DNA from: Basidiobolus meristosporus CBS 931.73
Lineage: Eukaryota; Fungi; Basidiobolomycota
Direction: 5' to 3'
Length of the DNA stretch: 64,000 bases
Assembly: GCA_002104905.1 (NCBI GenBank)
Contig: MCFE01000395.1
Coordinates: 18,027-82,026 of the forward strand
Under the pieces are notes generated by a model. That model did not search any database. It saw nothing but the letters and a program-made list of their open reading frames with translations, and had not been told where the DNA came from. Below are positions 11,337 through 25,200 of the stretch, piece by piece. Positions within the stretch are counted from its first letter, which is position 1, and each line of letters begins with the position of its first letter. Position numbers and translations under genes: made by a program.

Positions 11337-14300
11337 TATCACAAGTCTTGGTATAAAAGTTGTAGAGGAACAGGGAGTTTAGATAGTATTGTATTTACTA
11401 AAACTTGAACTGATATTTATTGAGGTTACAGCAGCTCCTTATATACATTATGCCAGATCAATTGCTGACTATTTGTATTTCCTAATGTAGGCTGTGGCTG
11501 ATGACTCATTTGATTGCATCATCATTACCCAATAAGATCCTACCTAATATATTTATTTCTGTCTGATAAGGATCTGCTCATTCATTTGCTGACTAATGCT
11601 GCTGATTTAATAGATAATACTGCTATACTGATAACCTAAACATATAACTAATTGATATGTCTAAAAATTGAGCAAACTTGAACATTTAAGTGGCAGATCA
11701 TAATATTCTCCCCTGCTAAAGTTGAAATGGTTCTCCTGAGTCTATTTTCTTGTGATACCAATATATTGATGGTTCAGTTTTATCAGCAAGTCTTGCAAGC
11801 TTGAGTCTGTCCCTTTGCACCAAGTTTTCCAGGATATTGCCTTGTTTGTCCACTAGTTGGTAAGTTGCAAATGTACATTCTCTGATGATCTTGAATGGTC
11901 ACGTTAATTGTGGCTCAAACTTCTTCCAAGTGTTGTTTCTTAGTAAAACAAAGTTCTCAACTTTCCATGCTTCTGGTGCTATAGTTTTATCAAATCTCTG
12001 CTTCATCTTTTCTGCAGTTTGAGATACTTTGGTCTGTGACCCTGGATGTCTTTGTTCCAGTTGCTGGTGTCTACTTGGCTGACTGAGTTCATCTTCTATG
12101 GTGTCTGTAAGCTTTGGTTGTGTAAGATCTCCTGTTATCCTTGGCTCAGATGCATAAACTAAGTGAAATGGCAATTGCTGGGTGGTATTGTGTACTCTGA
12201 CTCTGCATGCAAAGAGTGCTTGGTCTATATACTTGTCCCATCTACTGACAATTCCATTTGCATACTTGGTCAGCATTTTTCCAAATAATCCATTAAACCA
12301 TTCAGTGACTCCATTAGTTCTGGGGTGATATGCCAAGGTTTTCAAGTGTTTGATCTGCTGCATTTCCAGGTAAGCTTCAAATGTCTTTGCCATAAAGTTT
12401 GCACATCTATCAGATAGAATCTCTACAGGGCATCCAAACTTCATAAGGATTTCATGGTAGATGAAACTTGCAACTTCTTGTTCACTGGCTCTATGTACAG
12501 CTTTAGCCACTGGCCACTTTGTGGCATGGTCAATTGCTACTAGGATCCAATGGTTGCAGCTCCTTGTAGTTGGCAGTCTTCCAATAAAGTCAATTCCACA
12601 TCTTTCAAATGGTCTTACAGGCTCCAAGGGAAAGAGTTCAGCAATTCTCTGTGGTTGGCCTGGGTTGATTTGGCAATTTGGGCATGTTTTCACTATCTTC
12701 TCAGTGTCTTGTTTCATTCTGGGCCACCATGCTCTGACTTTCACAAGACTCTAGGTTCCTTCAATTCCAAAATGTTCATATCCATTGTGTAGCTTATGTA
12801 TTAAATCCAGGCAAGAAACATAAGGGCAATAGGCAATAGGGCTTCCATCAACAATTTGGTAGAGTGTTCTATCCTGCACTACAAATTTGATGGCTTCATC
12901 CCGGATTATCCTCTTAATATCTTCATCCACCTGATTAGGAATGGCTTGGTCCTCCAAGTACTATGTTAATAGGCTACGCTAATCTGATTCATGCACCAAG
13001 TTGAGTTGTGCAACTTGATCTGATTTTGATAAGGTGTCAGTAACCATGTTGTTTTTCCAGGGCAGTAGACAATCTCCAAGTCAAACTGTTGAATTTATTC
13101 ACTCCTTCTTTTCATTCTACTAAGGAATACCTTTGGAGTAAATATATACTTGAGGGAGGCATGATCAGTCTTCACAGTGCATTTGACTCCTTCAATATAG
13201 CATCTCCATGTCTTCAAACAGGGTAATATAGCAAGCATCTCCTTCTCATGCACTGGATAGTTTTGTTCTGCTAAGCTCAGTTTCTTGGATTCAAAGGCAA
13301 CAGGGTAGTCCTTTCCCCCAAGTTCTTGGCTCAACACTCCACCAATTGTATAATCTGAAGCATCTGTGCACAGAGTAAACTCTTTTCTAAAGTCAGGTAT
13401 TCTTTAGCTTGGCAGCTTAGCAAGTTCATTCTTGAGTGTCTGGAAGGCTGTGTAACAAGCTATATCCCACATGTAGGTATTGTCTTTCTTCACAATATCA
13501 GTTAAAGGTGTTGCAATACTTGCAAAGGAGTTGACAGATCTCCAATAATAGGAAACCATTCCAAGGAATGATCTGAGCTCTAATATGCTATGGGGCTGCT
13601 TCAGATTCTAGATAACTTCAACCTTCTTAGGGTCTAAGGTTACTCCTGTGCTAGTCACTATGTGTCCCAGATATTCAACATGTTCCTTGAAGAATTCACA
13701 CTTGGGTAGCTTGTCATAAAGCTTGTTCTCACTTAGCTTCTTCAAGACCTTTTCAATGTGTACCAAGTGATTGTTATGATCTGCCGCTTGAATGTTTAAG
13801 TTAGATCAGTTTTTAGTCAAATCAATTAGTATATGTTTAGGTTATCAGTATATCAGTATTATCTATGAAATCAGTAGCATTAGTCAGCAAATGAATCAGC
13901 AGATCCTTATCAGACAGAAATAGATATATTAAGTAGGATCTTATTGGGTGATGATGATGCAATCAAATGAGTCATCAGCCACAACCTACATTAGGAAATA
14001 CAATTAGTCAGCAATTGATAAGGCAAAATGTATATAAGGAGCTGCTGGAACCTCAATAAAAATCAGTTCAAGTTTTAGTGAATACAATACTAGCTAAACT
14101 CCCTATTCCTCTACAACTCTTAAGCCAAGACTTGTAACATGATCCTCTTCTCTCTTGCTGTATATCAATATATCATCTAGGTTGATTATGACAAACCTGT
14201 CTAAGTACTCCTGGAAGACAGTCTGCATCAGGTTCATGAATGTTGCAGGGGCATTGGTGAGGCCAAAACTCATGACTAAGTACTTGTAATGTCCATACCT

Positions 14301-16643
14301 GGTCCTGAATGCTGTCTTAGGGATGTCTTCTGGCTTCACCTTTATCTGGTTGTATCCTAACATGAGGTCAATCTTCCTGAAAATAGTGGCTCCATTGAGT
14401 TGGTCCAAGAGCTCATCAATCCAAGGTATGGGGTATTTATTCATCACAGTAACTGCGTTGAGGGCTCTGCAGTCAATGCACATCCTAAGTGTTCCATCCT
14501 TTGTCTTCACAAAAAGTTCTGGTGCTCCCCAAAGTGACTTGCTAGGTCTGATATATCCTTGCTCCAGTATCTGATCTATCTGTCTCTTCATCTCTTCCAA
14601 CTCCAATGGACTCATTCTGTAAGGTGTCTTATTCACTGGAGGGCTATCTCCTGTTTCAATGGCATGATCCATGTCTCTGACTAGTGGTAGGCTTACAAGC
14701 TCTTCTGAAAATACATCTGAATATTCCTTCAAAAGAGTCTGGACCTTCTGGGCTACTGGAGTGGAGGAATACTCCTGCAATTCTGCCATGAGGAACATCT
14801 GGGCAACTTTTCCTAGTGCTTTACAGAACTGTGTCTTGCTAAGCTCCCTTGCTTCACACACACTGGATTTGACCAAGTTAAAAACCAGTCTGGCAGGTAA
14901 TAGCTACCAGGACTTGTTGTTCTTCTGGATCTGAGTAGCATGGGTTCTCCAGTTAATTGATGGATTACAACAAAATAGTCAGGTCTTCCTAAGTACAAGG
15001 TCAAACTTGCAGCTCCCAAATATATAGGCCTGTAGATCTTGTTCATAGTCATTGATCTTCATCCTCACTGGCTGAGTAATAGGGTTGATTATATGAGAGT
15101 TCCCATCAGCTGTTGAGACTGAAGTTGATTTGTTGGGTTCCAAGTTGATTCCAGCTTTCAAAGCAAATTGCTCTGACATGTACTCATGTGATGCTCCTGA
15201 GTCAATCATGATCTAAGCAGGTACCTCATTGATTACTCCATTCAAGTATAATAGCTTTCCTGAGTTTGAGGTCATCTGGGATAGTTATTCTTCTGTCATA
15301 TTGAAGATGAGTTCTGAGTCTTCTTCAAGTTCATCTGCCATTTTACTATGCTCCATGGCCTCAATATGGTTAAAAGTTCTTGATGGCTAGCGTTCATTTC
15401 TTCTCTGAGGGCAGTACTTTGCAATATCTCCCTGCTGGTGGCAGCTGAAGCAAAGTCCTTTCTTCTTACATTCTTTTGAGGTAGGATTCTTCTGCATAGC
15501 ATCTATTTCCATTGGCACCGCTTCTGATTGTCTTCTTTCATAGAGATTGTAGCCTCTCTGATTAGTCATTGTGGGCTTCCCAACTCCAAACATAGCTGGG
15601 TCATAGTCTATGGCAATCTTGATGCCTTCTTCAATAGTCGGAGATCTTCAATAATTCACTTCCTTAAGCATTCTTTCTTTCAACCCATCAATAAAGTATT
15701 CAACTTGATCCAGAGGGTCTATTCTTTCAATTTGCCCCAATAGACATCTATATTCATAGATGTACTCTTGAGCCATTCCCCTCTGTCTGAGTGCCTTCAA
15801 CTTTCTTCTTAGTAGTGCCTAAAGGTGTGGAGGTTCAAAAGCATCCTGATATTTCCAACACAAACTCATACCAGGTAGAGATTGTAGAGCATCCCATCAT
15901 GGTGGCTGACCTGATCTTGTTGTGGTACCACTGCAAAGCTGTGTCTGCCAGGTAAGAGGCTGCATAATGTAACTTACTTTCTGGAGCAATTCCCTTAGCC
16001 TTGAAAGCTTCTTCAATCTGGAAGAGCCAAGTTCCCAGGTTTTCATTGACTTTACCATGGTACTGGCTGACTTTCACACTAAAGTTGCTCTTGACAGGGT
16101 TTTGCTGGCTTTGTGCCATGGTAGTCCTTCCTTGTTGCTACTGGCTAAGGATCTGGAGTAACTTTTGCTGGGCCAGGATTTGTTGCATAGCATTCTTCCA
16201 TTCTTGACTTTTGGACATTTTGAGGGAGGCTTCTTCTTTCTTCAGGAGGGATGTTTCTGGTTATTGCTGCTACCAATGTTACAAGTTGTGGTATAAGAGT
16301 TGTAGAGGAATAGGGAGTTTAGCTAGTATTGTATTCACTAAAACTTGAACTGATTTTATTGAGGTTCCAGCAGCTCCTTATATACATTTTGCCAGATCAA
16401 TTGCTGACTGATTGTGTTTCCTAATGTAGGCTGTGGCTGATGACTCATTTGCTTGCATCATCATCACCCAGTAAGATCCTATTAATATATCTATTTTGGT
16501 CTGATAAGGATCTGCTGATTCATTTGCTGACTAATGCTGCTTATTTGATTGATAATACTGCTATACTGATAACCAAAACATATAACTAAATGATTTGACT
16601 AAAAACTTATCAAACTCAAACATTCAAGTGGCAGATCATAACA
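11337..16643 (-). mobile_element. Ty3/gypsy LTR retrotransposon G1 (family B)
   Basis: LTRs 11337-11705 and 16277-16643, perfect 4-bp TSD CAGT. Primer site TGGTAGCAGC next to the 5' LTR, PPT at 11706-11715. gag-CCHC-PR(DSGAS)-RT-RH-IN order with stops and frameshifts. Confidence 0.95.
13772..14139 (+). repeat. Solo LTR-B inserted antisense into the RT of G1
   Basis: TGTTATG..GTAACA, 368 bp, perfect 4-bp TSD TGAT. Confidence 0.95.
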
Positions 16644-17615
16644 CAGTAATGATACTGCTTTCTTGCTTGGGATGCTGATTGCTCTATATGTATTATCCAC
16701 TCATCATGTTTCTGGACTATTTCCTGATTTCTCTGGGCCATTGCATCTGTCTTATTAGCCACCACACCTATTGCTTCATTAATACTTTTATATGCACTGA
16801 CAACATGCTTGGCAATATTGGTGGTGGTGATGTTATGATGGCCACTTGCAGGCCTTCAACTGAAGGTACTGCATTTGTTACATTCTCATCTGCCTAAGTA
16901 TATTAGTCAGCTTGCAGCTGCACAGATGTTATCAATTCCCAACTTGACTGAAAGCCTGAGGAGTCTGCATTATTACCTTCAGTGGGCACACTGTCAACAT
17001 GGCCTTTTTTGGATGCTCACTGGTTGTTGCACTGAATGTCAAAGCAAGCTGTTGTCCAGCTGTTCTTCTGCAGCCATCTGCAGTAGGGCTTGATTGGGAA
17101 CCAGACCACTTTGCTCTACTTTTTGGTGGCATATATATGGAAGTGAGTCAAGACAAAGGGGAAATAGAGTTACATATACATGTGTATGTGGTGCCACAGC
17201 TTTATTTATAGTGCTTACTATGATGGGACATCATTGAATCTAACATTCATGTAGGTGCAATGTCTAAAGTACTAGATTGCCTTAAATTCACATGAGTATT
17301 GACCAAAGAGTGATATAATAGCATTACAATGTTGAAGATCAAGCTTTTTGCCCCATTGACAAGACTTCTTTGATTGAATGTGGTAAGAGAAGATAAAAAA
17401 TATCATGTGGCTGTCATAGTAAGCGTCTCAGCCATGAAGCATGCTGACAGCATAGGAAGTATTACAAAGACCACAGCCAGTGTTTTGCCACATAAGTCAT
17501 ATATGACCATTCACCAGTAGCTACAGTACCAATAATATCTAGCTGGACAGTTGATATCTTTATATTGGCACCTGGCCATCTTTGTCACCTTGCGCAAACT
17601 GAGTAAGGTGAGTTT

Positions 17616-19943
17616 GTGACACCTTTAGGCCCACTGCAGCCTTCTGAATATGGCATGCAGAGTGAAAGCTCTGACAAAGAAGGCTCACTGATGGATTATG
17701 AGTGTATCTTCCATAACAACACTATTGCACATGAGCCTGGTCAAATCCCAATATGCAATAAGACAACACCCATTAAAGCAAATGCCAAGGATACTTTATG
17801 GAGCCAAGTGAGCCAAGTAGCTTATCTACTGGTAAATGATGTAATGTTGTAGCTAGAGCAGTGGTGCGCCTCCACTAATATCAGTAACAGGGGCTTTGAG
17901 GATCTACTACTACTCCTTGCCAAAATTATTCCAGGATGCAACTTACTATGTACAGGATACAAGTGGACAAATGTCATGCGGCTGGCAACGTATGACTTAG
18001 AGACTGTTCTAATTCCAGCATGTGTTAATAGTTGCATGGCATTCAAATCCAAAAATGCCACCATTGCAACATGTCCAAACTATTGGGAATCCACCACCAT
18101 AGAGAGGAAACATTGTTCACACTCTGGATGTATTCAAGTAATACCCTGTCTAAAGAAGCTCATGCAGTCCAACAAATATTGCAAAGATATAAAGTACCAC
18201 ACACAGTATCAATCAGGCACAAACATATCCAATGTATTTGATGGCAAACATTACAAACAGCTAAGACGCAAGGGCTACCTTGAAGGTATGTAAGACCATG
18301 CCTTTGCCTTAGCACCTGATGGATTCTCATTAGACAAGTACTCTACTGGCAAGTCCTGATGGTCACTGATTCTTGTCCACCTGAATCTGCCACCTATCTT
18401 GGGTATCAGAGCCATAATCTGATAGTAGTTTCACTGGTGTCTGGGCCTAAATTACACTGGATAGCTGCCTGTATACATTGCTGGATGAATTTTGTATGCT
18501 TTCTTACAGGACAACAGAAAATGGCCATCATGTTGAAGCACATATTCTTATCTGCATTAGAGATAACCCAGCTATCAGCAAGATAGCAGTCTTTTTTTGG
18601 CACACTGGATGGTATTGCTGTCAAATGTGTGAGATGCAGGGGGCTTATTCCATAATGCACACACATTATTATTATCCAAATGCCAACACTAAGAACATTC
18701 TTTCCCACAGAGCAAGCATACAGAAGTCAGCATGCAATTTCAGCAAAGTTAGCAAGCTATCAGCTGTTGACTAAAATACGGATTTAATTGGAAACCAGAA
18801 ATACTTAAGATAGATGGTATCTGTTGGAGCATTTGCTTCTCATCAATATCCCCATACTGATGACCAAGTTGTAGATGGGGCATTTCAAGCTAAATGAGCC
18901 CATCAAGATACCTGGGAAATTTGAAAGAATTGGTAAAATATTACTAAGTATTTGCAACCCTAAGTACTTCTCAATGGCCCCAATCAATAGTTATACAAAT
19001 AAGCAACAATACAAATTCAAAGACTGGATGAACTGGATAGGTATTTATTCAAGTGGCATTCAGAAGCCATTCTTACCAAGAGTACATTGGAAGCATTGGG
19101 AGTCATATGCGGGCATTGTAGGATATTCATCCAGATGCAGATCACTGATGCCAACTTGACACATCTACAGCTGTTGTGTAAGGAGTTTGTAATGGGATTT
19201 GAGCAGCAATTTTAGAGACATAAAGCTTAGCATGTAGATTTCTGCCGCTACTATATCCATTATCTACTCTGTCATGCTTGATGTGTGGCAAATATTGGTC
19301 CTTGCTTCACTTTTTGGGAGTTTCCTATGGAGCAGATATGTGGGGAGATGGGAAGACAAGTCAAGTTGCAGATACTACCATATCCCAATCTCATCAAGAA
19401 CATTACCAGCAAGTCTAGCATGGATTTAATGAGTTGGTGCATGGAGGACAGCCAGGAAAAGTTGGAAATATTGAAGACAGATGTACACATAGTGAAATCT
19501 ATGCCTACGGCATTAAGAAGCTATACAGTCCCAATGCGTGGGTAATCAGTTAAGTAATGCAAGGTTGGGTTTGGTGCAACAAGCAGCTGATTTTTATTAG
19601 CAGTACTCCACCAAGGTTTGCCAGACTTCTCTTGGTCACAAGCCAACTTCTGCACCAATCATTACAGAATTCATACAACAAAGAGCCTGCACATATCTAT
19701 AAGGGGGACTAGAATCCAACCAGGAAAAGGAATATATTGGCTAAATACCAAAAAGCTCTTTGCAGATATTTAGGAGGAATTCATGGTAGAAGTGGCAGCA
19801 GCCATGCATATGTTTGCAGAATGTATTTGTTTCCAGCAGTGCAACATATATGGCAACTTTGCAAGTCTCACACTAAAAAGCTGTAAAGTTGAGGTAATAG
19901 AAATATGTCAATTGAGGCAGGAGTGTAAATTTGCAGAGGATAG
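17616..19943 (+). pseudogene. Transposase_21 (En/Spm tnp2)-like transposase pseudogene, copy 2
   Basis: ACVNSCMAF..CP, NVFDGKHYKQL, FALAPDGF, LVHLNLPP, RDNPAISK..GWYCCQMC, YKFKDWMNW..LP.VHWKHW, IGPCFTFWEFPMEQICG: the motif series of fungal En/Spm transposases. Confidence 0.85.
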
Positions 19944-22250
19944 TGTTATGATCTGCCGCTTGAATGTTTAAGTTAGATCAGTTTTTAGTCAAATCAATTA
20001 GTATATGCTTAGGTTATCAGTATATCAGTATTATCTAGCATGTCAGTAGCATTAGTCAGCAAATGAATCAGCAGATCCTTATCAGACAGAAATAGATATT
20101 TAGTAGGATCTTATTGGGTGATGATGATGTAATCAAATGAGTCATCAGCCACAACCTACATTAGGAAATACAATTAGTCAGCAATTGATCTGGTAAAATG
20201 TATATAAGGAGCTGCTGGAACCTCAATAAAATCAGTTCAAGTTTTAGTGAATACAATACTAGTTAAACTCCCTATTCCTCTATAACTCTTAAGCCAAGAC
20301 TTGTAACATTGGTAGCAGCAATAACCAGAAACCTCCCTCCTGAAGAAAGAAGAAATCACACTCAAGATGTTGGACAATCAAGAATGGAGAATGCCATGCA
20401 GCAAATCCTGAACCAACAGCAACAGTTACTCCAGATCCTCAGCCAATAGCAACAAGGAATGACTACCATGGCTCAGAGCCAGCAAAACCCTGTCAAGAGC
20501 AACTTTAGTGTGAAGGTCAACTGGTACCATGGCAGAGTCAATGAAAACCTAGGAACTTGGCTCTTTCAGATTGAAGAAGCTTTTAAAGCTAAAGGAATTG
20601 CTCCAGAAAGCAAGTTGCATTATGCAGCTTCTTACCTGGCAGATGCAGCTTTACAGTGGTACCACAACAAGATCAGGCCAGCTACTATGATGGGATGCTC
20701 TACAATCTCTACCTGGGATGAGCTTGTGTTGGAAATTCAGGATGCTTTTGAACCTCCACCCCAGCAGACACTACTAAGATTGAAGTTAAAGATACTCAGA
20801 CAGAAAGGAATGGTTCAAGAATACATCTATGAGTAGAGATGTCTACTTGGACAAATTAAAAGAATGGGCCCCCTGGATCAAGTTACATACTTTATTGATG
20901 GGTTGAAAGAAAGTACTTGCAAGGAAGTAAATTATCAAAGACTTCAGACAATTGAAGAAGCCATCAAGATTGCCACTGACTATGACTCAGCAATGTTTGG
21001 AGTTGGGAAGCCTACAGTGACTAATCAGAAAGGCTACAATCATTATGAAAGAAGACAGTCAGAAGCAGTACCACTGGAAATAGACGCTAGGCAGAAGAAT
21101 CCTACCTCAGAAGAATGTAAGAAGAAAGGACTTTGCTTCAGCTGCCACCAGCAAGGACATATTGCAAAGTACTGCCCTCAGAGAAGAAATGGACACCAGC
21201 CATCAAGAACCTTTAACCATATTGAGGCCATGGAGCATAGTAACATGGAAGATGAACTTGAAGAAGACTCAGAACTCACCTTCCACATGACAGAAGAATA
21301 TCCATCCCAGATGACCTGCCAAGATCATGATTGACTCAGGAGCATCAAATGAGTACATGTCAGAGCAATTTGCTCTGAAAGCTGGAAGCAACTTGGAACC
21401 TACCAAATCAACTTCAGTCTCAACAGCTGATGGGAACTCACATAATCAACCATATTACTCAGTCAGTAAGAATGAAGATCAATGACCATGAAGAAGACCT
21501 ACAGGCTTATATATATATGGGAGCTGCAAGTTTGACCTTATACTTGGAAAAACCTGGCTATTTTGTTGTAATCCATCAATCAACTGGAAAACCCATACAA
21601 CTCAGATCCACAAGTATAACAGGACCTATGAGCTATTAACTGCCAGGCTGGATTTCAACTTGGTCAATTCCATTATGTGTGAGACAAGTGAACTTAGCAA
21701 GACCCAGTTCTGTAGAGCACTTAGAAAAGGTACCCAGATGTTCCTCATGGCTGTATTACAGGAGGATTCCGCTACACCAGCACCCCAGCAGGTCCAGACT
21801 CTCCTGAAGAAATATTCAGATGTGTTTCCAGATGAGCTTGTAAGCCTACCACCAGTTGGAGACATGGATCATGCCATTGACACAGGAGATAGCCCTCCAG
21901 TGAGCAAGACACCTTACAGAATGAGTCCATTGGAATTGGAGAAAATGAAGAGACAAATTGATCACCTATTGGAGCAAGGATGTATCAGACCCAGCAAGTC
22001 ACCTTGGGGAGCACCAGTGCTTTTTGTGAAAAAGAAGGATGGAACACTTAGGATGTGCATTGACTACAGAGCCCTCAACTCAGTTACCATGAAGAATGCG
22101 TACCCCATACCTTGGATTGACAAGCTCTTGGACCAACTTAATGGAGCCACTATTTTCAGCAAGATTGACCTCAGGTCAGGATACAACCAGATAAGGGTGA
22201 AGCCAGAAGACTTCCCTAAGACAGCATTCAGGACCAGATATGAACATTAT

Positions 22251-25200
22251 TGTTGAAATATTGGGCTATCTGGTATCATTCAGCAGCTAAGAATTTACTT
22301 AACAATTCTAGACTAGTCTTAGTCACTGTAGGACTCATTTACTGCCTTAACTTTGCCACTTTCTCCAGATATTTGATCTTTTTATTATTTCCCTATAGTC
22401 AGGATCAAATTAGCACTATTACGAAACATTATGTACTAACCCTGAAGCTGTTACAGAATGCTCCTGAATACTGAGAAACCCTCCCTACTTAGTGATACAG
22501 CTGTATTACTTCTACAAAGGTATAAATACTGAGCTTCTTTATGAATAAACAATAGTTCAACTATTATCACTATTTCTTGATAAACTCCTTATATCCAAAT
22601 CACTTCTTAAATTGCAACAGGTTATGAGCCCTGATTGCCTTAATCAATTCTAATGATGACTTCTACCAGCAAACAGAGCAACTCCAACATCTTCCCTGTA
22701 AAGGGGAGGTCTGATGGGAAGAACTACAGACTTTGGAGAATCAAGATGCAGATCCATCTTGAGGAAAGAAAGCTTTGGAACATAGTAACAGGAAAGGAAG
22801 TTGAGCCCAAAGGAACAGCAGAAGATTTGGAGAAGTTTCAACGGAAGGAGAGAAAGGCCTTCAATACCATATTCATCAATGTGCAAGATTCCTTCATTGG
22901 ACAAATCCATGCCTCAAATACTGCCAAAGCAGCATGGGAATCCTTAGAGAAGATCTTTAGAGCAAAGTCAGTATCAAGCAAGCTTTATTTGAAACAAAAG
23001 TTCTTCAACATGAGGAAGAAGCCAGATGATGACATGCTACAACTCATTAACAGAATGGAGACACTTACAGAAGAACTTTACAGTATTAATGCTGGTGAAG
23101 ATGATGAAGAAAAGATACTCTGTCTGCTTTGCAGCCTAGCAGACAAGTATGAGCCACTCATACTTTCTTTTGAAAGCAGAGAAGACAACTTAACTTTAGA
23201 CTATGTAAAAAGAAGACTTCTCCATGAAGTACTCAGATGTAATGATCAAGCAGAGAAAATTGAAGATAATGCTTTATTCAGTTCAGAAAGATACACAGAA
23301 AAGAAGGGAAAGCAACAAAACCAAAGAAAACCTGGCTGCTGTAACTACTGTAAAAAGCCAGGACACTGGGCAAGAGAATGCAAGAAGAAACAAGCAGACC
23401 AAAAACAGAAACTAGAGCAGGCAAACCATACAACTACTGATGAACAGTTATTTGTAACTGTACAAGAGAGTGCAAATAACCAAAGTAATGAATGGTATAT
23501 TGACTCTGGAGCATCATAGCATATTTGTGGTATAAAGAATTGGTTGAGCAACTTAAAGACTATTCCCGTAAGAAAGGTTTATCTGGGAGATAACTCTGCA
23601 TTAGAAGCTACCAACAGCTTACAGCTAAATATGAGTGATAACTCAGGGGCAACAACAGCAAAACTGACTGACGTACTCTATGTACCTGGAATAGCTAAGA
23701 ACCTACTCTCAGTCAGTAAAGCAACTACTCAGGGACTGAAATTTGTTTTTACTAAGCTGAGCTGCTCAATGTTGAGTGAAAATGGACAAAAATTAGTTTT
23801 GGGAATCAGATATCACAATATATGCAAGTTACAATGCAAGATCGTTGTACCTGAGCATGTCAACATTGCTGAAACTGATGAAACCAGCTGGGGGACATGG
23901 CATAGGAGGCTAGGACACATAGGGGAACAGAAAATGAGCCAATTGGTGAAAAATCAACTAGTTTTGGGCCTAAATTACACAATTCCAATCAAATAGAATG
24001 TCTGTAAGGGATGTTCATATGGCAAACACGCTAGGCAACATTTCAAGAGCTCAGGAGGCATCAATACCACCAAAATACTAGCTATTGTACACTCAGACAT
24101 ATGTGGCCCCATGAGAACACTGTCCTTTAGAGCCAAGAGATACTTTATGACGTTTATTGATGACAAGATAAGATATACATGGGTGTACTTCCTCAAAACA
24201 AATGATGAAGCTTTAGAGACGTTTAAGCACTTCAAGAACATGACAGAAACACAAACTGGGTGTAAATTGAAGGTGCTACAAAGTGATAATGGAGGAAAAT
24301 ACTGCTCAAAAGAGTTTGCAACATACTGCACATCTACTGGTATACTTCAACAGACTACTGTTCCTCATACTCTGCAGAAAAAAGGAGTAGCAGAACGTGC
24401 AAATAGAATGATAGTAGAGATGGGAAGATCTATGCTACATGATAAGGGAATGGACTACAAGTTTTGGGCTGAATCTGTTGCTACCACTGTATACATCAAG
24501 AACAGATGCCCAACAACGGCACTACGTGAATCTACACCCTTTGCAGCATATACAGGCAAAAAACCAGATCTCCAGCACCTCAGGATCTTTGGCAGTGATG
24601 TTTTTTGTCACATCCCTGACAAAAAACGCTCAAAGTTGGAACCAAAGAGTAGGAAAGGGATCTTTCTTGGGTATTTTGAAGATACTAAAGGGTATTGAGT
24701 GTATGATGGCAAAATTCAGAAGCTGATCAAGAGCAGGGACATTGTATTTGAGGAGAATTCAGATCATAAAGCCACAGAAATCATTGGCCAGCTGCCTGAT
24801 GATGCAATCAACACTAATGAAGAAGATACGTACCAAATCCAGCCAGATATGGAAGATACTTCTACCAGTTCCAGATCAGAGCAGATTATCCCAGATAGGA
24901 GAACTACTAGAATAAGAAATGCCTCTGGATCCTGGTGGCAGACATCCAATGATCATGAAGAAGCGTATCTTGCATTATGTGTCAAACCTCAGAATCTGGA
25001 ACAGGCAATGCAAAGTCCAGATGCTACTATGTGGCAACAAGCCATGCAGGAGGAGTACTAATCACTGATCAAGGCAAAAACATGGGAACTGGTAGATTTA
25101 CCAAATGGGAGAAAGCCAATAGGATGTAGATGGGTCTACAAGAACAAGATAACCTCAAATGATGCTGTTGATGAGTACAAGGCTAGAGTGGTAGCTAAAG

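Larger units (their letters stand above)
9900..17132 (-). pseudogene. Decayed second ORF of the CACTA-like element (starts MPPKSRAK), split by G1
   Basis: About 1.9 kb after removing G1. Start ATGCCACCAAAA is also present in copy 1 (about 2480). Segment YKSINEAIGVVANKTDAMAQRNQEIVQKHDE is conserved at protein level in copy 1 (2045-2170). Confidence 0.55.
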
